DNA from: a virus
Lineage: Duplodnaviria > Heunggongvirae > Uroviricota > Caudoviricetes
DNA length: 19,808 nt
Direction: 5' to 3' (one strand)
IMG/VR virus record: IMGVR_UViG_2617270952_000001
The translations under genes were made by a program, and so were the position numbers. This document shows, piece by piece, positions 7,172-16,164 of this stretch. Position 1 is the stretch's first letter. Each line of letters opens with the position of its first letter. Below the pieces are notes generated by a model. That model saw only the letters and a list, made by a program, of their open reading frames with translations, did not search any database and had not been told where the DNA came from.

Positions 7172-7924
7172 ATGAACCTTGAAGCCTTACCAAAATATTA
7201 CTCCCCAAAATCTCCAAAATTGAGCGATGACGCTCCAGCGACAGGCACCGGTTGTTTAACAATTACGGATGTAATGGCAGCGCAGGGGATGGTGCAGTCG
7301 AAAGCACCACTTGGGTTGGCCTTATTTCTGGCAAAAGTTGGTGTTCAGGACCCTCAGTTTGCGATTGAAGGCCTGCTAAATTACGCGATGGCACTGGATA
7401 ACCCGACATTGAACAAATTGAGTGAAGAAATCCGGTTACAGATTATTCCTTACCTCGTGAGTTTTGCCTTTGCTGATTACTCCAGGTCTGCGGCAAGTAA
7501 GGCTCGCTGTGAGCATTGTTCAGGTACGGGATTTTATAATGTATTGCGCGAAGTGGTGAAACACTACAGACGCGGGGAATCTGTAATCAAGGAAGAATGG
7601 GTGAAGGAACTATGTCAGCATTGCCATGGTAAGGGCGAAGCCAGCACAGCGTGCAGAGGGTGTAAGGGTAAAGGGATTGTTCTGGATGAAAAAAGAACCC
7701 GGTTTCATGGCGTACCGGTATATAAGATTTGTGGGCGTTGTAATGGAAACCGGTTTAGTCGTTTACCGACCACGCTGGCACGACGTCATGTCCAGAAGCT
7801 GGTACCAGACCTGACCGATTATCAGTGGTATAAGGGGTATGCGGACGTCATTGGTAAACTGGTAACAAAGTGCTGGCAGGAAGAAGCATACGCGGAAGCG
7901 CAATTGAGGAAGGTGACGAGATAA
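7172..7924 (+). CDS. quuQ: Q-family late-gene antiterminator
   Basis: 250-aa product from MNLEALPKYY... with the cysteine cluster CEHCSGTGF...CQHCHGKGE...CRGCKGKG...CGRCNGN (zinc-binding motifs of phage-82-type Q). GGAGA lies 7 nt before the ATG at 7172. Confidence 0.9.
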   Translation: MNLEALPKYYSPKSPKLSDDAPATGTGCLTITDVMAAQGMVQSKAPLGLALFLAKVGVQDPQFAIEGLLNYAMALDNPTLNKLSEEIRLQIIPYLVSFAFADYSRSAASKARCEHCSGTGFYNVLREVVKHYRRGESVIKEEWVKELCQHCHGKGEASTACRGCKGKGIVLDEKRTRFHGVPVYKICGRCNGNRFSRLPTTLARRHVQKLVPDLTDYQWYKGYADVIGKLVTKCWQEEAYAEAQLRKVTR

Positions 7925-7955
7925 ATGATTTTTGCTGAAGATGGCGACATGATGT

Positions 7956-7984
7956 TTGCATTTTTCAAAAAATATGGATAAAAT
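7956..7984 (+). promoter_or_regulatory. putative late promoter (pR'-like) downstream of Q
   Basis: TTGCAT-N17-TAAAAT, about 30 nt after the quuQ stop and about 45 nt before a strong terminator; this layout is typical of lambdoid pR'/qut/tR'. Confidence 0.45.
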
Positions 7985-8030
7985 TTTTTCAACGATGGGC
8001 TTTGTATACCCGACGTTAAGAAAAAGTAGA

Positions 8031-8060
8031 AAACCCGCTGATGAGCGGGTTTTGTGCTTT
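8031..8060 (+). terminator. rho-independent terminator (candidate tR') after the late promoter
   Basis: CCCGCT-GATG-AGCGGG hairpin followed by TTTTGTGCTTT. Confidence 0.6.
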
Positions 8061-8345
8061 AAATGGGGCAATGGTAATGTTGAATCTCATCCCGGGACTC
8101 ATGTCTGTTAACTTATTATTTAGCTGGTGACTTGGTTATTTGCCTGATGTTTAAAATGTTTTCTTCCAGTACAATGTCCCTAAACACAATGAGTCTGCTT
8201 ATTATATTATTAGCAGAGCTATTACGGCCAAAGTACAGCATAAGCTTTTAAAGCCAATCAACCAGTCATCAAGACAGACGGGGTTATTCATAAAAACTCT
8301 CCATGTGTGATCCGATGGGGCCTGAAATTAAAGCTTTAATATAGC

Positions 8346-8558
8346 TCATGAAAGGTAAACATTGGCAGCTGAAGGGCCACGCAGACCATTTATCCGGCAA
8401 AATTCCACGCGTAATCCGGTGGTAATTTCTTCTGCATCGCGGAGATTGAGCGCTGAAACATGAAGCTGGACATCGATACGACCATCGGATGGGGTGATAA
8501 GACCCTTGCCGCTTTTGCCGTCAAAGGTTTTGACAATTCCTGTCATTTTACGGGACAA
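8346..8558 (-). CDS. cspF: cold-shock protein CspF (CspA family)
   Basis: 70-aa product [70 protein letters not shown]. Confidence 0.9.
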
Positions 8559-8858
8559 AAAAATTCCTTAATACTGATAACTTGGCGCACTATACACACG
8601 TTCCTGAAGAAAGCTATAGTTTTTTGATGGGGTTGAAGATGGCTGGATGTCTAAAATAAACATTGCTTCATATGTTCAACTATGCGTTAATGATTGCGTC
8701 GGTTTGAAGAACAGACGATATACGAAGTAGTTTACTAAAGCAGTTCTCATTTCAGGTGTTATTCACTTATTCCTTCTTTGAGTCTCTCCAATTAAGTACG
8801 AAGTCGTTTCTGTTATGCAAACCATTTATGCCGAAAGGCTCAAGTTAAGGAATGTAGA

Positions 8859-9074
8859 ATGTCAAATAAAATGACTGGTTTAGTAAAATGGTTTAACGCT
8901 GATAAAGGTTTCGGCTTTATTTCTCCTGTTGATGGTAGTAAAGATGTGTTTGTGCATTTTTCTGCGATTCAGAATGATAATTATCGAACCTTATTTGAAG
9001 GTCAAAAGGTTACCTTCTCTATAGAGAGTGGTGCTAAAGGTCCTGCAGCAGCAAATGTCATCATTACTGATTAA
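8859..9074 (+). CDS. cspB: cold-shock protein CspB (CspA family)
   Basis: 71-aa product [71 protein letters not shown]; about 300-nt leader typical of cold-shock genes. Confidence 0.95.
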   Translation: MSNKMTGLVKWFNADKGFGFISPVDGSKDVFVHFSAIQNDNYRTLFEGQKVTFSIESGAKGPAAANVIITD

Positions 9075-9355
9075 AATTCATCGCTCGTCTGTATACGATA
9101 ACGAAGAAGGCTGATGCCTGAGTAGAGATACGGACAGAGTAGTGAATATTGGATCTCTTTAATAAAAAGTAAGGAGGTCCAATACATGAAACAATGGCTA
9201 GCATATTTGGCAAAATCTTAATCAGGAAAAGTATGCTAACCATTGTGGTGAAGTGCAGGTTTGCTGCATGAATAGTTTTACAGCAGAAGCTAACTGCTGG
9301 CATGGCAAAACAAAGTGCGTAAGTGGATGACTCCCACAAAAAGCACCACAATCTC

Positions 9356-9379
9356 AAACCCGCTCAGGCGGGTTTTTTA
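9356..9379 (+). terminator. rho-independent terminator downstream of cspB (possibly bidirectional)
   Basis: AAACCCGC-TCAG-GCGGG followed by TTTTTT; an A-run precedes it, so it may also terminate the convergent minus-strand gene. Confidence 0.6.
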
Positions 9380-9437
9380 TTATCTGCTTTAAATATATTA
9401 TTAAAATATAAAAAATACTTGTTACTAATAAAATCAA

Positions 9438-9608
9438 TCAGGCTACAGCTTTAAGATTTGTCTGGAATACTTTGTTGCAATGAGGGCAGATCAAAAGGGC
9501 ACCTTTTTGTACTCTTGAAAAACTGTGTTCTGACTCTTGGGTGCAGTTTGGGCAGGAACATTTAACGAGATAATTACGGCGTGATTTTGAGTTTTTACGT
9601 TCTGACAT
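9438..9608 (-). CDS. ynfU: small zinc-ribbon protein (56 aa; two Cys pairs CSCPNC and CPHC)
   Basis: ATG-initiated product MSERKNSKSRRNYLVKCSCPNCTQESEHSFSRVQKGALLICPHCNKVFQTNLKAVA. Gene name is from uncertain memory of a Qin small zinc-binding protein. Confidence 0.5.
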   Translation of the reverse strand: MSERKNSKSRRNYLVKCSCPNCTQESEHSFSRVQKGALLICPHCNKVFQTNLKAVA

Positions 9609-9827
9609 AGGCTTTTCCTGTATAAATGGCCGTATACAGTACACTAAATATGAAAACATTTCTCGTATTATTATTTTATATATGACTTTCTTTCAAAATA
9701 ATTACCCACATTTTTAATGTGTATGTTTTTTTAGCGCCGTTGAGAACAACGTGTGCTGTCAAAACTACCCCGTAGACTCCGATCTTTTCAAACATATTGC
9801 ACCATCCGTGTACATCGGGGTGAGGAT

Positions 9828-10043
9828 ATGAAATCAATGGATAAGTTAACAACAGGTGTTGCCTATGGCACATCGGCGGGTAATGCTGGTTTCTGGGCAT
9901 TGCAGTTACTCGATAAAGTAACTCCGTCACAGTGGGCTGCAATCGGTGTGCTGGGTAGCCTGGTTTTTGGCCTGCTGACGTATCTGACAAATCTTTATTT
10001 CAAGATTAAAGAAGACAGGCGTAAGGCTGCGAGAGGAGAGTAA
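9828..10043 (+). CDS. essQ: class II holin, phage-21 S-type, with dual start (Met1 and Met4)
   Basis: 71-aa product [71 protein letters not shown]; GGTGAGGA precedes the ATG. Confidence 0.9.
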   Translation: MKSMDKLTTGVAYGTSAGNAGFWALQLLDKVTPSQWAAIGVLGSLVFGLLTYLTNLYFKIKEDRRKAARGE

Positions 10044-10047
10044 TCCA

Positions 10048-10355
10048 ATGACTCAAGACTATGAACTGGTTGTGAAAGGAGTCCGTAATTTTGAGAATAA
10101 AGTTACGGTAACTGTAGCCTTACAGGACAAAGAACGCTTTGACGGTGAAATTTTTGACCTGGATGTCGCCATGGACCGTGTTGAAGGAGCTGCGCTGGAG
10201 TTTTATGAGGCAGCAGCCAGAAGGAGCGTCCGGCAAGTCTTCCTGGAAGTAGCAGAAAAATTGTCAGAAAAAGTTGAGTCTTATCTGCAGCATCAGTACT
10301 CCTTTAAGATTGAAAATCCTGCCAATAAGCACGAGCGTCCTCATCATAAATATCT

Positions 10356-10359
<4 letters not shown>
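10048..10359 (+). CDS. ydfR: YdfR (small protein between holin and endolysin)
   Basis: 103-aa ORF in the position and length of K-12 ydfR; stop overlaps the endolysin start (ATGA). Confidence 0.8.
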
Positions 10360-11383
<1,024 letters not shown>

Positions 11384-11745
11384 GGTAATATTAAATCGGA
11401 ACATTTACATCGCGGAATGTAAAATTTAAATAAAAAGGACTCTTCCATGAGCCAAAATTCCTGAAATCTTAAGGGTAAGATAAAAGGTCTTAATCAGAAT
11501 GACACGTTTTATTAATAAATAAAGCTATTCTTTCATTGCTGTGTTTTTCTTTACAAAAGTAATCCTTGCTATGGGTGGTTAATCATGCGTTAATGGTGTT
11601 CTGGTTTGTTACAAATTTATCTGAAGCAGTCATTGTTATAATTTTATTATTTGTACCTCTTGAGATTTCCTTGTTGGTTTTTCTCTCTGATATTTTTTTT
11701 CGGACCATTCTGCCCAAGGGCTAATTTCTTCAAAAGGTAATAATT

Positions 11746-11958
11746 ATGTCTAACAAAATGACTGGTTTAGTGAAATGGTTTAACCCTGAAAAAGGTTTTG
11801 GTTTCATCACGCCGAAAGATGGCAGCAAAGATGTGTTTGTCCATTTCTCAGCAATTCAGAGCAACGATTTCAAAACATTAACTGAGAATCAGGAAGTTGA
11901 ATTTGGTATTGAGAACGGACCTAAAGGTCCTGCCGCTGTTCATGTAGTGGCGCTTTGA
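11746..11958 (+). CDS. cspI: cold-shock protein CspI (CspA family)
   Basis: 70-aa product [70 protein letters not shown]; long AT-rich leader. Confidence 0.95.
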   Translation: MSNKMTGLVKWFNPEKGFGFITPKDGSKDVFVHFSAIQSNDFKTLTENQEVEFGIENGPKGPAAVHVVAL

Positions 11959-12162
11959 GGTAGACAATATTACAAACCATATTCACTTTAGATGCCCGTG
12001 TTGTCATGGTTCCCAGTATAGAACATCATCTTTTGATGTTTCTGACATGAATCCTTTCGGGGCAAAATGTATCTTTTGTAAATCAATGATGATTACATTT
12101 GATAATATTTCACAATACTTAAATGCCAGCCGTCTGTCGTTGGATTTAAAAAAGTGAAAATG

Positions 12163-12186
12163 AAGGCTCCTTCGGGAGCTTTTTTG
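12163..12186 (+). terminator. rho-independent terminator
   Basis: GGCTCC-TTCG-GGAGC hairpin followed by TTTTTTG. Confidence 0.5.
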
Positions 12187-12229
12187 CTTGGTGTCTATTC
12201 GATGGATACTCACATACTACGGTAACATC

Positions 12230-12460
12230 ATGAAAAAAATCATAGTTTTTTTTAACTCTGAACCAGCAGTGGTAGTGCCAGCGATGACTGGAGTTAACAC
12301 CATCATGCGTGAATATCCAAATGGCGAAAAAACACACCTTACTGTAATGGCCGCAGGGTTTCCATCTCTGACCGGAGATCATAAAGTCATTTATGTAGCC
12401 GCGGATCGACATGTTACTTCAGAAGAAATTCTGGAAGCAGCAATAAGGCTCTTGAGTTGA
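12230..12460 (+). CDS. hypothetical protein, 76 aa, no family assigned
   Basis: ATG-initiated ORF MKKIIVFFNSEPAVVVPAMTGVNTIMREYPNGEKTHLTVMAAGFPSLTGDHKVIYVAADRHVTSEEILEAAIRLLS with protein-like composition; weak ribosome-binding site; sits just after a terminator. Confidence 0.3.
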   Translation: MKKIIVFFNSEPAVVVPAMTGVNTIMREYPNGEKTHLTVMAAGFPSLTGDHKVIYVAADRHVTSEEILEAAIRLLS

Positions 12461-12628
12461 TTTGATGCTATTGCATTGATAATTCAGGAAAATTCTCTTT
12501 GTCTGTTTGTGTAAAATTTAGACTATCGTATGTTGATTATTGCGATGTTTCATCTTATCTTTTACACGTTTGCACCATATAATCGACTTACTGTGTAACT
12601 GGAAAGTCATAACAGACTAAAAGAGGAA

Positions 12629-12805
12629 ATGATGAATATTGAAAACTTAAAAACAAAAGCAGAAGCAGATATTTCTGAATATATAACAAAAAAAATTATT
12701 GAACTTAAGAAAAAGACCGGGAAAGAAGTTACCAGTATTCAGTTTACCGCACGGGAAAAAATGACGGGTCTTGAAAGCTATGATGTCAAGATTAATTTAA
12801 TCTGA
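12629..12805 (+). CDS. gnsB: GnsA/GnsB-family small protein
   Basis: 58-codon product MMNIENLKTKAEADISEYITKKIIELKKKTGKEVTSIQFTAREKMTGLESYDVKINLI; AAGAGGAAA precedes the ATG. Below the supplied ORF track cutoff. Confidence 0.85.
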   Translation: MMNIENLKTKAEADISEYITKKIIELKKKTGKEVTSIQFTAREKMTGLESYDVKINLI

Positions 12806-12956
12806 TGTATTCAATAATAAAATTTATCCATAAACCTCGTTTTTACGGGGTTTTGTTATATTTGAATGGTTCCGAATATCTAAATCACAATTGTTGATGG
12901 TTTTTATTAAACCAATGCAGTCCGGCTCAGGAGTGAGAGAAGCCGGACGTTATGGT

Positions 12957-13367
12957 TTAGCGTGGTAAGATCTGTGTAGTTTTCTGGATGCTTTCAGTAA
13001 ATAGTAATGAATTATCAAAGGTATAGTAATATCTTTTTTGTTCGTGGATATTTGTAACCCACCGAAAAACTCCTGCTTTAGCAAGGTTTCTTCTGTATTC
13101 CTGAAATGTGATCTCTCTGGATTTCAGCTTATTAGAGGTCGTTTCTATAAGATGCCTATCCTTTGAAAATTTGACAGACACAATGTTTTTTAGGCCCTTT
13201 AATAACACTGTATTATCATTTTTTAATACAATATGAACATTCTCTGTGGCTAAATAGTAAATGTAATGTGAGACATTGTGACGTTTTAGCTCAGAATAAA
13301 ACCATTGATAGTTTAAATCGTTTCGAACTTTATCAAATATTTGTTTAAAAATGACTACCTGATCCAT
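12957..13367 (-). CDS. ydfO: YdfO (DUF1398-type prophage protein)
   Basis: 136-aa product [60 protein letters not shown]... matches my recollection of YdfO and a lambda right-arm ORF. Confidence 0.85.
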
Positions 13368-13424
13368 AGATAAACCTTCCATGTGATATGAGGGGGCGTA
13401 GTCTGCACGATTATCTAAATTGCT

Positions 13425-13658
13425 TCAATCTGGTCTGACCTGTTTTCTGAGCAATTCAGTAATGTCACTCTTTTCTTTGTTTGCTTCAGAAGAAACTCTT
13501 TTTTCTGAGCACAGTCTCCGGCGGCAGGCTTCAATGACCCAGGCTGAGAAATTCCCGGACCCTTTTTGCTCAAGAGCGATGTTAATTTGTTCAATCATTT
13601 GGTTAGGAAAGCGGATGTTGCGGGTTGTTGTTCTGCGGGTTCTGTTCTTCGTTGACAT
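13425..13658 (-). CDS. ynfO: YnfO, small basic protein (possible ribbon-helix-helix fold)
   Basis: 77-aa product MSTKNRTRRTTTRNIRFPNQMIEQINIALEQKGSGNFSAWVIEACRRRL...; matches an ORF I recall near the lambda right end. Confidence 0.8.
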   Translation of the reverse strand: MSTKNRTRRTTTRNIRFPNQMIEQINIALEQKGSGNFSAWVIEACRRRLCSEKRVSSEANKEKSDITELLRKQVRPD

Positions 13659-13824
13659 GAGGTTGCCCCGTATTCAGTGTCGCTGATTTGTATTGTCTGA
13701 AGTTGTTTTTACGTTAAGTTGATGCAGATCAATTAATACGATACCTGCGTCATAATTGATTATTTGACGTGGTTTGATGGCCTCCACGCACGTTGTGATA
13801 TGTAGATGATAATCATTATCACTT

Positions 13825-14040
13825 TACGGGTCCTTTCCGGTGATCCGACAGGTTACGGGGCGGCGACCTCGCGGGTTTTCGCTATTTATGAAAATTTTCC
13901 GGTTTAAGGTGTTTCCGTTCTTCTTCGTCGTAACTTAATGTTTTTATTTAAAATACCCCCTGAAAAGAAAGGAAACGACAGGTGCTGAAAGCGGGCTTTT
14001 TGGCCTTTGTCGTTTCCTTTCTCTGTTTTTGTCCGTGGAA
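13825..14040. other. cos site (cosQ, cosN with the 12-nt cohesive-end sequence GGGCGGCGACCT at 13858-13869, cosB) of a lambda-like packaging system
   Basis: Sequence ...GATCCGACAGGTTACG|GGGCGGCGACCTCGCGGGTTTTCGCTATTTATGAAAATTTTCCGG... is nearly identical to the lambda genome ends as I recall them, directly upstream of Nu1. Confidence 0.85.
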
Positions 14041-14046
14041 TGAACA

Positions 14047-14592
14047 ATGGAAGTCAACAAAAAGCAGCTGGCTGACATTTTCGGTGCGAGTATCCGTACC
14101 ATTCAGAACTGGCAGGAACAGGGAATGCCCGTTCTGCGAGGCGGTGGCAAGGGTAATGAGGTGCTTTATGATTCTGCCGCCGTCATAAAATGGTATGCCG
14201 AAAGGGATGCTGAAATTGAGAACGAAAAGCTGCGCCGGGAAGTTGAAGAACTGCGGCAGGCCAGCGAGACAGATCTCCAGCCAGGGACTATTGAGTACGA
14301 ACGCCATCGACTTACGCGTGCGCAGGCCGACGCACAGGAGCTGAAAAATGCCAGAGACTCCGCTGAAGTGGTGGAAACCGCATTCTGTACTTTCGTGCTG
14401 TCGCGGATCGCAGGTGAAATTGCCAGTATTCTCGACGGGATCCCCCTGTCGGTGCAGCGGCGTTTTCCGGAACTGGAAAACCGACATGTTGATTTCCTGA
14501 AACGGGATATCATCAAAGCCATGAACAAAGCAGCCGCGCTGGATGAACTGATACCGGGGTTGCTGAGTGAATATATCGAACAGTCAGGTTAA
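14047..14592 (+). CDS. nohA: terminase small subunit (lambda Nu1 homologue)
   Basis: 181-aa product MEVNKKQLADIFGASIRTIQNWQEQGMPVLRGGGKGNEVLYDSAAVIKWYAERDAEIENEKLRREVEELRQ..., essentially lambda Nu1 with a winged-HTH N-terminus. Confidence 0.95.
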   Translation: MEVNKKQLADIFGASIRTIQNWQEQGMPVLRGGGKGNEVLYDSAAVIKWYAERDAEIENEKLRREVEELRQASETDLQPGTIEYERHRLTRAQADAQELKNARDSAEVVETAFCTFVLSRIAGEIASILDGIPLSVQRRFPELENRHVDFLKRDIIKAMNKAAALDELIPGLLSEYIEQSG

Positions 14593-15703
14593 CAGGCTGC
14601 GGCATTTTGTCCGCGCCGGGCTTCGCTCACTGTTCAGGCCGGAGCCACAGACCGCCGTTGAATGGGCGGATGCCAATTACTATCTCCCGAAAGAATCCGC
14701 ATACCAGGAAGGGCGCTGGGAAACACTGCCCTTTCAGCGGGCCATCATGAATGCGATGGGCAGCGACTACATCCGCGAGGTGAATGTGGTGAAGTCTGCC
14801 CGTGTTGGTTATTCCAAAATGCTGTTGGGTGTTTATGCCTACTTCATAGAGCATAAGCAGCGCAACACACTTATCTGGTTGCCGACGGATGGTGATGCCG
14901 AGAACTTTATGAAAACCCACGTTGAGCCGACCATCCGTGATATTCCTTCGCTGCTGGCGCTGGCCCCGTGGTATGGCAAAAAGCACCGGGATAACACGCT
15001 CACCATGAAGCGTTTCACCAATGGGCGTGGCTTCTGGTGCCTGGGCGGTAAAGCGGCAAAAAACTACCGTGAAAAGTCAGTGGATGTGGCGGGGTATGAT
15101 GAACTTGCTGCCTTTGATGAGGATATTGAACAGGAAGGCTCTCCGACGTTCCTGGGCGATAAGCGTATTGAAGGCTCTGTCTGGCCAAAATCCATCCGTG
15201 GCTCCACGCCCAAAGTGAGAGGCACCTGCCAGATTGAGCGTGCAGCCAGTGAATCCCCGCATTTTATGCGTTTTCATGTTGCCTGCCCGCACTGCGGGAA
15301 GGAGCAGTACCTTAAATTTGGCGACAAAGAGACGCCGTTTGGCCTCAAATGGATGCCGGATGATCCCTCCAGCGTGTTTTATCTCTGTGAGCATAATGCC
15401 TGCGTCATCCGTCAGCAGGAGCTGGACTTTACTGATGCCCGTTATATCTGCGAAAAGACCGGGATCTGGACCCGTGATGGCATTCTCTGGTTTTCGTCAT
15501 CCGGTGAAGAGATTGAACCGCCTGACAGTGTGACCTTTCACATCTGGACGGCGTACAGCCCGTTCACCACCTGGGTGCAGATTGTCAAAGACTGGATGAA
15601 GACGAAAGGGGATACTCCGTGTTTGAGCAGTCACTGTTGCGGTATATCGCTGCCGGGCTGGGTGTCTCGTATGAGCAGCTTTCCCGGAATTACGCCCAGA
15701 TGA
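14567..15703 (+). pseudogene. terminase large subunit (lambda A homologue), N-terminal 350 codons only, joined out of frame to portal-gene sequence
   Basis: MNISNSQVNRLRHFVRAGLRSLFRPEPQTAVEWADANYYLPKE... follows lambda gpA through ...VQIVKDWMKTKGDT (to about 15616). The next 28 codons are portal-gene DNA read in the wrong frame, ending at the stop at 15701-15703. Confidence 0.85.
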
Positions 15704-16164
15704 GCTACTCCACGGCACGGGCCAGCGCGAACGAGTCGTGGGCGCACTTTATGGGGCGGCGAAAATTCGTCGCATCCCGTCAGGCGAGCCAGATGTTTCT
15801 GTGCTGGCTGGAAGAGGCCATCGTTCGCCGCGTGGTGACGTTACCTTCAAAAGCGCGCTTCAGCTTTCAGGAAGCCCGCAGCGCCTGGGGGAACTGTGAC
15901 TGGATAGGCTCCGGTCGTATGGCTATCGATGGTCTGAAAGAAGTACAGGAAGCGGTGATGCTGATAGAAGCCGGACTGAGCACCTACGAGAAAGAGTGCG
16001 CAAAACGCGGCGACGACTATCAGGAAATTTTTGCCCAGCAGGTCCGTGAAACGATGGAGCGCCGCGAAGCCGGTCTTAAACCGCCCGCCTGGGCGGCAGC
16101 GGCATTTGAATCCGGGCTGCGACAATCAACAGAGGAGGAGAAGAGTGACAGCAGAGCTGCGTAA
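15617..16164 (+). pseudogene. portal protein (lambda B homologue), C-terminal 181 codons only
   Basis: ...FEQSLLRYIAAGLGVSYEQLSRNYAQMSYSTARASANESWA...EEEKSDSRAA* matches the C-terminus of lambda gpB. No ATG or ribosome-binding site at the fragment start; the frame differs from the A fragment. Confidence 0.8.

Noticed and set aside
12004-12213. 69-codon minus-strand ORF overlapping the zinc-ribbon frame and the terminator after cspI
   Set aside because: Its start would lie inside the terminator hairpin and it is antisense to a more plausible + strand frame; retained only as an alternative under the 11948-12157 finding.
13420-13686. 88-codon + strand ORF antisense to ynfO
   Set aside because: ynfO on the minus strand matches a recalled protein; the + strand frame is a shadow.
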